This document shows positions 42,805 through 51,757 of a DNA stretch of 55,429 bases, piece after piece. The stretch comes from Acidobacteriota bacterium (GTDB lineage: Bacteria > Acidobacteriota > Thermoanaerobaculia > Multivoradales > Multivoraceae), in assembly GCA_011523565.1 (NCBI GenBank), contig WTGL01000072.1, positions 1,914 to 57,342 of the forward strand. Direction: 5' to 3'. Numbering within the stretch: position 1 is the first letter of the stretch; every line of letters begins with the position of its first letter. The position numbers and the translations under genes are program-made. Under the pieces are notes generated by a model. It was not told the origin of the DNA. It saw nothing but the letters and a program-made list of their open reading frames with translations, and ran no database searches.

Positions 42805-45800
42805 ATGAACTGCAACCGCTCTCGTACCTTGCCAGGGATCGCCGTGGGACTTGTCGCCGCAGCGAACGGCATGCCCGCCGTGGCCAGGGCCCAGCAACTC
42901 TGGAGTGTCGAGGAAGTCGCGGCCCAGCGACCTCCGTCGATCGCGATGGACGGCCTCGCGGTGAGCGCCACAGCCGCGGCCGGCGGTCCGGCTGCCGAGG
43001 CGGCGACCGTGCAGGTGGTGTACGACTACCTGCGGCTCGGGATGGGCTACCTCGAGTTGCCGCTGCCGGACGGCTCAGTGATCGAGGCCGCGAACGCTGT
43101 CTTCGAGGACCGTGGCAACGGCAACCTGGTGTGGACCGGAGAGGTGCCGGGAGCCGGCTACGAGAGCGTGCTGTTCACGGTGCAGGACGGGCACCTCGTA
43201 GGCTGGCTCGGCGAGCCGGGCGGGCCGAAGTACGTCGTGTACGCGGGGCCGGACGGCCGCGGCTCGCTGGCCGAGGAAGTGGGACCGACCGGCGACTGGT
43301 GCGGCGTCGAAGCTGGGCCGGTCGGCGACCTGGCCCGGGACGGGGCGAGCGGGGCTGGGGCGTGGCCCGTAGGTGCGGACCCTTCGCGGTTCGTAGAAGC
43401 CGCTCCGCCAGCGGAGCCGTCGCGCAGCGCCACCGGCAGTTCGAACCTCGACATCGTCGTCCTGTACACCGAGAGCTTCGGGCGAGCAGCTGCGACGGCC
43501 GGAGGCGCCGAGACGGTGATTCGAGCAGGGTTTGACTACTTGAACATGGTGTTTCGAAACAGCGGATTGCCCGCGACGGCCAGGCTGCGAGCGGCGGCAC
43601 CTGCTTCGGAAGTGATCGAGAATGCTGTCCCTGGTGGTAGGAGCGCCCTCTTGGCGGCGCTGGGCAGGGATGTGGAAGCCGGACGCCTCCGACAAAGCAA
43701 CGAAGCCGATCTGGTACACCTCTTCTCAAGCGATTTCGGGGTAGGCGGACTGGCCCAACTCTTCACCGGGACCGTCGCGGCGAGCGGAGGCTTCGGAGTT
43801 AGCTCGTCGCCGTTTGTGATCTTCGCGCATGAGGTAGGTCACAACCTGGGTGGAGGTCACGACCCGAACTCGTTCGGAGATCGCTTCGAGGAAGTGAGAA
43901 AGGCGTACGTCAAGCCTTACGCCTTTGCCCATGTCGGCAGCACGGAAGACCCGGAGGAGCCCGTCTGCACGGTCCTCGCAATCGCGTACTACGATTGTTC
44001 GTACGAGCCCTACTACTCCTCGGTTGAGCACAAGCCGGTCGGCTGGACGATCGGAGCGGCCGGAAGGACGGAGAACGAGCGTGTGTTTCGGGAGACGATC
44101 CACGCGGTGGCGACCACCAGCGACGAAGTCCTTCGTTCTCCCTTGGGGCCGTCCAACCTCAGGGTCTCTGTCACGGGCCCGAGAAGCGTGCGCCTGATGT
44201 GGGAGGACAACTCCCACAATGAAGACGGCTTCGTCCTGGATGTTTGGGGCTCCGGCGATTCGAGGGACAACAGGTCGGTCGAAGTGACTCCAGGCGCACA
44301 TGCATACGACCTTGTCGACCTTGAGGCGTCGGAGTATCAGGTTACGGTTCGGTCCTTCAATGACGCAGGGCAGGCTCGCTACTTCTGCTGGTGGACAGTA
44401 GAAGTTCGGATTGAGGGTCTGCCGCTGACGCCGGGCGCGCCGTTGCCTCCGTACGCTCTGAGACGGTCGAGCGGGCGGAAACCTCTCAGTCAAGCCGTCG
44501 TGTGGCAAGAAGCCTCCTCGGATGAAGAGGGCTTCCGGTTGTGGCGGCGAGGCGGCGGTCCGGGAAGTTCACGGGTTCTGGTGGCGGAAGGCGACCGTGA
44601 GGCGACCGCCGCGGCGGTGCCGAGCAAGTTCCTGCGGTCCGGAGTGCGGACTGGTTTCTACCAGGTCGAGGCGTTCAACCGGTACGGCAGTTCCTGGAGC
44701 AGAGAGGTGGAGTTGGATGAGTTCAGGGCCTTTCGAATAAGGGCCGAAGCCTCAGGCACGGACAAGGTCCGTGTCGTGTGGCCAGCCGACCTGGGAGAGG
44801 TGAAGGCTCTGTACCTCACAGCTGGCTGGGAGGACGCCGATGGAGAGTGGCAGTACCGCGCATGGTTGCTGTCCTCGGCACACGGGGAACTGGAGGAGTT
44901 AGAGGTTCCGGATCTGGTCGAGGTTGTCCAGCTTTCCCCGGGGGACACGGAACTGGAGTTCGACGTTCCGGATCTGGCCGGGGTTCTCCAGTCGTGGCGC
45001 GGAATTGAAGTCCAACTTGGCTTGAATCCGACTACATGCATTCCCGTCGTGGGCTGTGCTGCGTACTGGGGCGCACAGGTACGGCTGCACGACCCTTCGC
45101 GATCGAACTTCCTCTATTGCAGAGACGGGTGGGGCGTGGGACCTTTGGACTATCTTCGTCCCGAGAGTGATCATCTGGTCACGTTGTGCTTCGAGGACCC
45201 GACGGGACAGCAAACCATGGCCTGGGACTATGAACTTGAGTCGAGCCAGTCGGGCCTCATGTACTTCTTTGACCGCGACAACGTGGAGGTGCTGGTCAAG
45301 GTCCAGAATGGGTGCGGGATCAACGGTCATCACTGGGTGTTCGTGGCTCCGGTGACGGATCTCAGGTTCTCCTTGAAGGTCTATGCTCCGGGTCGGGAAC
45401 TGCCTTGGCTGCACGAGAATCGCGTAGCCGGTAGGACGGCGCGCACGATGAGCGACACGACAGCCTTCCCCTGCACCACGGCGGAGATTGCCGCCGCGAC
45501 GGCCAGAGCGGCGGACCTTCCCGCGCCGGCTCCCTCTGCATCACTGATGACCGGCGCCGAGACCGACTGCGTGCCGTCCGGCCCGGCGTTGACGCTGGCG
45601 GGCGGCTACCGGGTGAGCGCGTGCTGGGAGACGGAGAACGGCGAGACGGGCGACGCCATGGACTGGGGGCTGGATTCGGACCGGATGGGCCTGCTGTACT
45701 TCTCGGACCGCGACCTCGTGGACGTGCTGATCAAGGTGCAGGATGACTGTGCGGCCGGCGGCAACGTGTCGGTTGCTGTGGCGCCGGCCACGACGGCTGC

Positions 45801-46650
45801 ATTCAACCTGCGTGTGGAGAGTCCGAACGGCTATGTCTGGCGCTACGCCAACCGTCTTGGCGAAACCGCGGAGGCGGTAACCGACGTCTCGGCGTTTCCC
45901 TGCATGGGTGCGCCGCCGGACGCCCTCGTGTGCACCGGTGTGACCTGCCTCCTGCAGGGAGAGCGCTTCAGGGTGAAGGCCTGGTATTCGAAGGGAGGCA
46001 GTCGCAGCCAGAAGGCTGGAGCGATAGCGGCGGCGCTGGGAGCTTCGGCCGGGCTCTTCACGGCCGACAGCGGCAATGCTGAGCTGCTGGTGCGGATCGT
46101 CAATCAGTGCAGAGCGACCGGCTGGTGGGAGGTCCATGCGGGCGTCGCGTCGGACGCGAACTTCGCCGTTGCGATCCGGGACACCGAGACCAACGCGCTC
46201 AAGTGGTTCCGTTCGCGAGGCCGGTCCGCCGTCGATACGGAGGCGTTCGCGTGTACGGAAAGCGATACCGGGGCCATGGCCGGCGGTGCTCCGGCCGAAC
46301 CGGGTGCCACTTGTACAGGCGTAACCTGCCTTCTCCAGGACAGCCTGTTCAGAGTGAAGAGTCGTTACAGACGTGAGAGCGGTTCGAGTGCGTCAGCCGC
46401 CGCAATCCCGGTGGACCTTGGCGGGTCCGCCGGCCTCTTCGCTTTCGCCAGCGGCAATCCCGAGTTGTTGGTGCGGATCGCTGACACCTGCAGCAGCAGC
46501 GGTTACTGGACGGTCTTCGCAGGCGCCGCTTCAGGCTCGGACTTCAGCGTCGCGATCAGGCACACCGGGACCAACGAACTCAAGTGGTTCCGTTCCCGGG
46601 GCGGTCAGACGGTTGTCGACACCGGGGCGTTCGCCTGTGGCGGCCGCTAG
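42805..46650 (+). CDS. Giant secreted metzincin (reprolysin-like) paralog with Fn3-like domains and four C-terminal Cys-framed modules
   Basis: GGAGG RBS 8 nt upstream and a signal peptide. Zinc motif FAHEVGHNLGGGHD. N-terminal ~150 aa are ~80% identical to the paralog. The last two modules (from ~45928 and ~46309) are near-duplicates. Confidence 0.85.
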   Translation: MNCNRSRTLPGIAVGLVAAANGMPAVARAQQLWSVEEVAAQRPPSIAMDGLAVSATAAAGGPAAEAATVQVVYDYLRLGMGYLELPLPDGSVIEAANAVFEDRGNGNLVWTGEVPGAGYESVLFTVQDGHLVGWLGEPGGPKYVVYAGPDGRGSLAEEVGPTGDWCGVEAGPVGDLARDGASGAGAWPVGADPSRFVEAAPPAEPSRSATGSSNLDIVVLYTESFGRAAATAGGAETVIRAGFDYLNMVFRNSGLPATARLRAAAPASEVIENAVPGGRSALLAALGRDVEAGRLRQSNEADLVHLFSSDFGVGGLAQLFTGTVAASGGFGVSSSPFVIFAHEVGHNLGGGHDPNSFGDRFEEVRKAYVKPYAFAHVGSTEDPEEPVCTVLAIAYYDCSYEPYYSSVEHKPVGWTIGAAGRTENERVFRETIHAVATTSDEVLRSPLGPSNLRVSVTGPRSVRLMWEDNSHNEDGFVLDVWGSGDSRDNRSVEVTPGAHAYDLVDLEASEYQVTVRSFNDAGQARYFCWWTVEVRIEGLPLTPGAPLPPYALRRSSGRKPLSQAVVWQEASSDEEGFRLWRRGGGPGSSRVLVAEGDREATAAAVPSKFLRSGVRTGFYQVEAFNRYGSSWSREVELDEFRAFRIRAEASGTDKVRVVWPADLGEVKALYLTAGWEDADGEWQYRAWLLSSAHGELEELEVPDLVEVVQLSPGDTELEFDVPDLAGVLQSWRGIEVQLGLNPTTCIPVVGCAAYWGAQVRLHDPSRSNFLYCRDGWGVGPLDYLRPESDHLVTLCFEDPTGQQTMAWDYELESSQSGLMYFFDRDNVEVLVKVQNGCGINGHHWVFVAPVTDLRFSLKVYAPGRELPWLHENRVAGRTARTMSDTTAFPCTTAEIAAATARAADLPAPAPSASLMTGAETDCVPSGPALTLAGGYRVSACWETENGETGDAMDWGLDSDRMGLLYFSDRDLVDVLIKVQDDCAAGGNVSVAVAPATTAAFNLRVESPNGYVWRYANRLGETAEAVTDVSAFPCMGAPPDALVCTGVTCLLQGERFRVKAWYSKGGSRSQKAGAIAAALGASAGLFTADSGNAELLVRIVNQCRATGWWEVHAGVASDANFAVAIRDTETNALKWFRSRGRSAVDTEAFACTESDTGAMAGGAPAEPGATCTGVTCLLQDSLFRVKSRYRRESGSSASAAAIPVDLGGSAGLFAFASGNPELLVRIADTCSSSGYWTVFAGAASGSDFSVAIRHTGTNELKWFRSRGGQTVVDTGAFACGGR
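42889..43339 (+). repeat. Inverted-repeat arm, partner of 39317-39764
   Basis: See the partner arm. Confidence 0.8.
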
Positions 46651-46662
46651 CAGCTAGCTAAG

Positions 46663-48042
46663 CTAGAACAGGTCGCTGTCGCCCTTCGTGTAGTACGCCC
46701 GACGCAGCCGCGCGTGCGCGTCGCGGCAAACGAACGGCACCTGGATCGTGACCAGCGACTGCGGCTCCGGCCGGCGGACGAAGCCGAGGCTGTCCAGTTC
46801 CCTTGACCACCAGCGCGGCCGTTCACTGAACCAGCCGACGATCGGGAAATCGGGCACCCGGATCTCGTCGACCAGCACGCGCAGGGCGCCGAGTTCCGCC
46901 GGATCGACCAGCGCATCGCCCCACTCCACGCGGTCGGGGAACCGCATCGCCGCCACCCATGCCGCCAGGCGTCCCCCCCGGTAGGCGGCGATCAGCTCGG
47001 GACCCTCGACCGGACAGTCGAGATAGCGCCAGCGCAGGTATTCGGCGGAGCGCTCGACGAGCAACCCGTAGCGGCCGCTCACCCGCTCGAACAGGGCGTC
47101 GAACGCCGCTCCGACCTCCGAACGCTCCGTGACGCGCCTCAGATCGTAGTGGCGGCGGAATCGGATGCCGCGGCCGAGCGGCGCCGACGGCGGCAACTCG
47201 CGGTAGGGCGCGTCCTCCACCACCTCGGCTTCGAGAAAGCGACAGGAGAACTTCGTGATGTTGCCGGTGTTGAAGCCATAGTTGAAGGCGATCCGGTTCC
47301 TGCAGTGCACCGCGTAGAAGTGTCTCCCCGTCCGCGCCAGCAGGCTGGTCGGTCCGCGGCCGACGGTACGGGCGCTGGGGCGGGTCATCGTGTCGCCGAC
47401 CTGGTGGCTGTCGTCGGGGCCAAGCGGCGGCAGACCGTGCCAGCGCACCGGATACGCGCAGTACTGGCCGACGAGCTCGCCCTCGGGCGAGAAGGCAAGG
47501 GAGATCCGTGGACCGCCACGTGGATTGTCGACGTACCGCCACCTCCAGTGCTCCGGATCCTGAGCGACACCGAACGTCTCCCGGTACAAGTCGAAGATGG
47601 CGTCCTCGTCGCCCGGGCGGTAGTCGCGCACCCGATAGCCGTCGCGGCGCCCGCGCACGACGCGGAACGGCGGCGCCGCCTCCTGCCCCGCGACCGGCGC
47701 GGGAAGTCCGGCCCGTTCGGACACCAGCCGGAATCCCCCCTCCAGCAGATCCACGATCAGCCGGTCGTAACCGCTCGGCCCGGCCTCGCCGGCAGCGGCG
47801 TCGTACGCCCACCCGACCAGCACCTCGTCCGGCAGCTCCTCAACAGAGCCGATCGCCTGCGTGCCGACCACCACGCGAAGCCCCTCCGGCGGCATCTCCG
47901 TCAGGCCGCCACGCGGCAGCACGGCCGCCACCGCCTGGTCGAGACCGGCTTCCGGCTCCGCGCCGGCGCGGCGGCGTTCCAGGCAACGCTGCCAGGCCTC
48001 GACCGCCGCAGAGGCCGTCTCCGCGCCGCGCTGTGCGTTCAC
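46663..48042 (-). CDS. GNAT-like acyltransferase family protein (N-terminal extent uncertain)
   Basis: YRVRDYRPGDEDAIFDLYRETFG...PEHWRWRYVDNP...AEYLRWRY...YYTKGDSDLF resembles GNAT-fold proteins found in exopolysaccharide loci. I cannot confirm the family. Confidence 0.5.
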   Translation of the reverse strand: MNAQRGAETASAAVEAWQRCLERRRAGAEPEAGLDQAVAAVLPRGGLTEMPPEGLRVVVGTQAIGSVEELPDEVLVGWAYDAAAGEAGPSGYDRLIVDLLEGGFRLVSERAGLPAPVAGQEAAPPFRVVRGRRDGYRVRDYRPGDEDAIFDLYRETFGVAQDPEHWRWRYVDNPRGGPRISLAFSPEGELVGQYCAYPVRWHGLPPLGPDDSHQVGDTMTRPSARTVGRGPTSLLARTGRHFYAVHCRNRIAFNYGFNTGNITKFSCRFLEAEVVEDAPYRELPPSAPLGRGIRFRRHYDLRRVTERSEVGAAFDALFERVSGRYGLLVERSAEYLRWRYLDCPVEGPELIAAYRGGRLAAWVAAMRFPDRVEWGDALVDPAELGALRVLVDEIRVPDFPIVGWFSERPRWWSRELDSLGFVRRPEPQSLVTIQVPFVCRDAHARLRRAYYTKGDSDLF

Positions 48043-48052
48043 GACGGCGATG

Positions 48053-49102
48053 CTACTCGGCCCGCAGATCGCGGCAGCCCGCGCCGCTCACCCGAACCGA
48101 CAGGTCCGCGCGCGCCTCCCGGACCACCTCGGGCGGGAGTTCGAAGTCCGCCGGGGCCTTGGCAGCCAGGCGGCAGCCGGCGGCCGGGACGCCCAGCGGC
48201 AGCGTCGTGACCTCGATCCACGCCTCGCCCTCCACCGCCGAGGCGGGCAGCGCCGGCGGATCGGCGAAGCGCCGGGGCAGGCGCTCGATCAGCCGCAGCA
48301 GCGCCGCGAACCAGGCGCCGTAGCGGCGGCGCCGGAAGCGCTTCATCGACTCCTCGAACCACATCTGGGCTCGAGGCTCACGCTGCGCGCTCTGGTCGTA
48401 GGCATGCACCGCGCGCGCCGCCGGAACCAGCACCGCCCGCGCGCCCTGCTCCCGGGCGCGCAGCAGCCAGTCGGTCTCCTCGAAGTAGAGCCGGAAGCCC
48501 TCGTCGAACGGCCCGACCCGGCGCCAGCAGTCCGTTCTCATGGCGAGAAGGGCGCCGGTCAGCTCGAAGCAGGGCATCGGCTCGCGGGCCGACCAGAAGG
48601 CGCGGGCGCGCCGCCGCCAGCGCCGGCGGTACGAGCGGCCCCAGAGCTTCGACCGTTCGGCGCAGACCGCGTCCACCTCGGCGGCGCGCGTGCGCACCTG
48701 CTGCGGCGGCAGCATGAGCCGGCCGCCCCGGTCCCAGAACAGCCGCGGACCGGCGATGTCGGCCTCGCGCAGCGCCTCAACCAGCGCCCGCAGACACCCC
48801 GGCACGACGATGACGTCCGCGTTCATGAGCAGCAGCACGTCGCCCGCCGCCGCGCGGGCGCCGAGATTGACCCCGCCGGCGTAGCCCAGGTTGGACGGCG
48901 GCTCGATGACCCGGGTCCCGAGATGCCCGGTATCGAGCCGCTCGTCCCGCGACGCCGAGGACGCCCCGTTGTCCACCACGATGACCTGGAGCCTCAGGTC
49001 CGCATGCCGCGCGTCGGCCTGGAGGGCCTCCACCGCAGCCGCGAGGAAGTCCGGCGTCCGGTAGTGGACGATCACCGCCGTGATCGTCGGGTCAGATTTC
49101 AT
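48053..49102 (-). CDS. Family 2 glycosyltransferase
   Basis: ITAVIVHYRTPDFL...VIVVDNGASS...GYAGGVNLG...LLLMNADV is typical of the GT-A/GT2 fold. Confidence 0.8.
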   Translation of the reverse strand: MKSDPTITAVIVHYRTPDFLAAAVEALQADARHADLRLQVIVVDNGASSASRDERLDTGHLGTRVIEPPSNLGYAGGVNLGARAAAGDVLLLMNADVIVVPGCLRALVEALREADIAGPRLFWDRGGRLMLPPQQVRTRAAEVDAVCAERSKLWGRSYRRRWRRRARAFWSAREPMPCFELTGALLAMRTDCWRRVGPFDEGFRLYFEETDWLLRAREQGARAVLVPAARAVHAYDQSAQREPRAQMWFEESMKRFRRRRYGAWFAALLRLIERLPRRFADPPALPASAVEGEAWIEVTTLPLGVPAAGCRLAAKAPADFELPPEVVREARADLSVRVSGAGCRDLRAE

Positions 49103-49889
49103 CCGCCAGGCCGTCCTTCAACCGGGCAAACAGCGCGCCGCCCAGGACCACGGCCCCGGCGGCGCAGGCGATCAGCGGCACCAGGCTGACCCGAAGCCCG
49201 CCGCCGAGGAACGCCGCGCGGTAGAGGTAGACCAGGCCCGTCAGCGGGTTGAGTTCCAGCAACTGCCGGATCGTCTCGTTCTCGATGAAGTTGATCGAGT
49301 AGATGATCGGCGTGACGTAGAACCAGGTGTTGAGGACCAGACCCGTCGCCTGGGCGATGTCGCGGAAGTAGACGTTCGCTCCGGCCAGACCCAGGCCGAG
49401 GCCGAAGGTCAGCGCCGCCTGCAGGACGACGGCGACCAGCAGCAGGGGAAGGCTGGCCACCGAGAGTTCGCCGAGCACGGCCAGAACGACGATGAACGCC
49501 AGGGCGCCGACGCCCGAGTGGAGCATGGCGCCGAGAACCAGGGAAGCCACCAGGAGTTCGGCAGGCAGGAGCATCTTCTTGACCAGGTCGGGGCTGTCGG
49601 TGATCGCCGATGCGGAGCGGCTCAGCCCCTCGTGCATCGCGAACCAGGGCAGCAGCGCGCAGAACAGGAAGACGGCGAAGCTCTCCGTCTGCTCTCCCGG
49701 GATACCGAACTTGACCACGTACGAAAACACGAACGTGAACAGCGCGAGCTGCCACAGCGGGTTGACCAGCGACCACAGGAGGCCAAGGACCGAGCCCGCG
49801 TAGCGCGACCTGAGGTTCCGCACGACCAGCTCGCGCAGCAGGAAGAGGGACTGCCGCGCGCGACGGCCGCCGAGCGGAACACCAACCAC
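49092..49889 (-). CDS. ABC-2 type polysaccharide/O-antigen export permease (Wzm/TagG-like)
   Basis: LRELVVRNLRSRYAGSVLGLLWSLVNPLWQLALFTFVFSYV followed by six hydrophobic segments. Confidence 0.8.
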   Translation of the reverse strand: MVGVPLGGRRARQSLFLLRELVVRNLRSRYAGSVLGLLWSLVNPLWQLALFTFVFSYVVKFGIPGEQTESFAVFLFCALLPWFAMHEGLSRSASAITDSPDLVKKMLLPAELLVASLVLGAMLHSGVGALAFIVVLAVLGELSVASLPLLLVAVVLQAALTFGLGLGLAGANVYFRDIAQATGLVLNTWFYVTPIIYSINFIENETIRQLLELNPLTGLVYLYRAAFLGGGLRVSLVPLIACAAGAVVLGGALFARLKDGLADEI

Positions 49890-49898
49890 GGGCGGCCG

Positions 49899-50351
49899 TC
49901 AGCTCAGGAAGAACCGGTCGAGCGCGGTGAAGATCGCAAGCAGCCCACCCATGGCCATCACCATGCGCCACGTCAAATCGGCGCGGACCTTCTCCATCTC
50001 GGCACGCAGGTCGCCGATGTCCGCCTTCATCTCGGCGCGCAGGTCGCCGATGTCCGCCTTCATTTCGGTACGCAGCTCGGCGATGTCCGCCTTCATCTCG
50101 GCACGCAGGTCACCGATGTCCGCCTTCATTTCGGTGCGCAGCTCGGCGATGTCCTTCTTCAGCTCGGCACGCAGCTCGCCGATCTCGCCGCGCAACTCGC
50201 CGATGTCCTCCTTGGTGGCGACTCCCTGGAAGACCGCGATGCGGATCGTCTCGGTGACGGCTTCAGCCTGGGAAGTCCCCATGCCGGCCTTCTCCAGGTT
50301 GCGGACGGCCGCGAGGGTGTCGAACGTGGCGACGCTCATCTGATCCTTCAT
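49899..50351 (-). CDS. DUF1640-like coiled-coil protein with a C-terminal TM anchor and an 11-residue tandem repeat
   Basis: N-terminus FDTLAAVRNLEKAGMGTSQAEAVTETI. Repeats DIGDLRAEMKA / DIAELRTEMKA run about six times. C-terminal TM segment: WRMVMAMGGLLAIFTAL. Confidence 0.7.
   Translation of the reverse strand: MKDQMSVATFDTLAAVRNLEKAGMGTSQAEAVTETIRIAVFQGVATKEDIGELRGEIGELRAELKKDIAELRTEMKADIGDLRAEMKADIAELRTEMKADIGDLRAEMKADIGDLRAEMEKVRADLTWRMVMAMGGLLAIFTALDRFFLS
49995..50213. repeat. 33-bp tandem repeat (~6.5 units) inside the DUF1640-like gene
   Basis: Units begin at 49995, 50028, 50061, 50094, 50127 and 50160 (CATCTCGGCACGCAGGTCGCCGATGTCCGCCTT and variants). Confidence 0.9.
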
Positions 50352-50500
50352 CGTACCGGAAGGGCCGACGGGTCAGTGCGACCGCAGGCACTTCTACGGA
50401 CCAGGACGGAAAAGGGGCGCTGGTTCTTGTTGCCTACCGGGCGAGGCTCACGGAGAGCCACCAGCCTTCGGATCTGCGGCTGGTCTCTGCCCGGCCCGCT

Positions 50501-51601
50501 CTACGGGCAGACCACGGCCACCGACCGGGCAGCCGCCCGGTTGTTCGTCGGCGGATTCAACTCGACGATGGCGGGCGTGACCTCATTCGGCACGGTCGCG
50601 TCCGCCGTGATCGTGACGGTGACCGAGTAGTCGTTGTCTTCGCTGCAGTAGTCGTCGTTTGGCGTGATCGTCAACGTCGCCACGTTGGCGGCCGTCGCGA
50701 TGGACAGGCCCGCGGCGCTCTCGCTCGTTCCGCCGGGCGCGTCGACCGCCGTGTCGGCGTCTACTCCCCCCGCGGTGTAGCTGGCGGTGAACGTGGCGGT
50801 CAGCGGCGTACCACCCTCGTGGCCGAGTCTCGCGTCGCCCGTCTCCGCCGAGGTGAAGTGACCGGTTCCGTTGCCCCAGAGGTCGAACTTCACGTCAACG
50901 GAAGCGTCGGTTGCGACCGGCCGGAGAACGCGGCCTCCGGGCGAGATCGGGCTCCGCTCGCCCGCGTAGACGTCCTCGGGGCCCAGGACGCGGAGCACGG
51001 TTCCGCCGTCGCCCAGCGCGCAGTTGGTGGTTTCCCGGCGGTAGGGGCTGGCGGTCGTGCCGGCGCCGGTGTAGTCGCAGACGTTCGCCGGCCCCAGGTC
51101 CGCCTCGGGCACCGGCAGGATGGTCGGCAGGATGCCGATACGGCCGCTGGCCGTGTGCTTGAGGAAGGCCGCGCCCATGCCCGCCGAGATCGAAACGCTG
51201 TCGCCAGGGTCGGTGATCTCGACCGGCTCGTTATCGAGAACGTCCGCCGCGATCAGGTTGCCGATGGCCGAGCTCCAGGTGTCGTTGACCCAGTACCAGC
51301 CGCCATCCTCGAGGCCCGCGATCTCGAAGGTGCCGTCGTCCCGATCGCAGCGGAGGCCGTTGTCGCGGTTGAACGACTGGGACACCGTGTCAGCCTGGAC
51401 CGGGATCTCCCCGGTGGTCGTGACGCTGCCGCAGGAAGCCACGAAGGTGACCTCGTCGACTCCTGCGGCGGGCGTTCCGATGAATCCGCCGGCGCCCTTG
51501 TAGATCGGGACGACGTGGTCGCACCCGCCGCAAACGAGGTCCTGCGCGAACGCCGTGCCCGGAAGCACGCAGAGCATCAGCGCGATCGCGATCTGCTTCA
51601 T
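50501..51601 (-). CDS. Secreted Cys-patterned hypothetical protein, paralog A
   Basis: AGGAG RBS and signal peptide MKQIAIALMLCVLPGTAFAQ. Mature N-terminus CGGCDHVVPIYKGAGGFIG. Collinear similarity to 51758-52933. Confidence 0.7.
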   Translation of the reverse strand: MKQIAIALMLCVLPGTAFAQDLVCGGCDHVVPIYKGAGGFIGTPAAGVDEVTFVASCGSVTTTGEIPVQADTVSQSFNRDNGLRCDRDDGTFEIAGLEDGGWYWVNDTWSSAIGNLIAADVLDNEPVEITDPGDSVSISAGMGAAFLKHTASGRIGILPTILPVPEADLGPANVCDYTGAGTTASPYRRETTNCALGDGGTVLRVLGPEDVYAGERSPISPGGRVLRPVATDASVDVKFDLWGNGTGHFTSAETGDARLGHEGGTPLTATFTASYTAGGVDADTAVDAPGGTSESAAGLSIATAANVATLTITPNDDYCSEDNDYSVTVTITADATVPNEVTPAIVELNPPTNNRAAARSVAVVCP

Positions 51602-51630
51602 CCGTCCTGTCTCCTGGGGCGAGGCGGACC

Positions 51631-51678
51631 AAGAAGAAAGAGCGGCAACCTCCGCGCCGGGCGAACCCGGCGCGGAGG
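51631..51678 (-). terminator. Intrinsic terminator downstream of 51758-52933
   Basis: Perfect 13-bp stem CCTCCGCGCCGGG / CCCGGCGCGGAGG with a 4-nt loop (51649-51678). On the minus strand it is followed by TTGCCGCTCTTTCTTCTT. Confidence 0.6.
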
Positions 51679-51757
51679 CGCCGCTTTGAAGTCGTTCTCC
51701 CTGTTGGACTTAAGGACTCGTGAGCCCCTCAGCCCGAGGGAAGATCGGCTGTTCCCC

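Noticed and set aside
46640-46670. Stop-codon-rich palindromic stretch GCTAGCAGCTAGCTAAGCTAG between convergent genes
   Set aside because: It is only a 12-bp intergenic gap containing the two genes' stops. There is no stable hairpin or T-tract and no evidence of function.
49995-50213. Regular 33-bp tandem repeat that could superficially suggest a CRISPR array
   Set aside because: The units are contiguous with no spacers, lie in frame inside a coding gene (11-aa protein repeat), and no cas genes are present. The same applies to the 33-bp and 21-bp repeats at 18991-19269.
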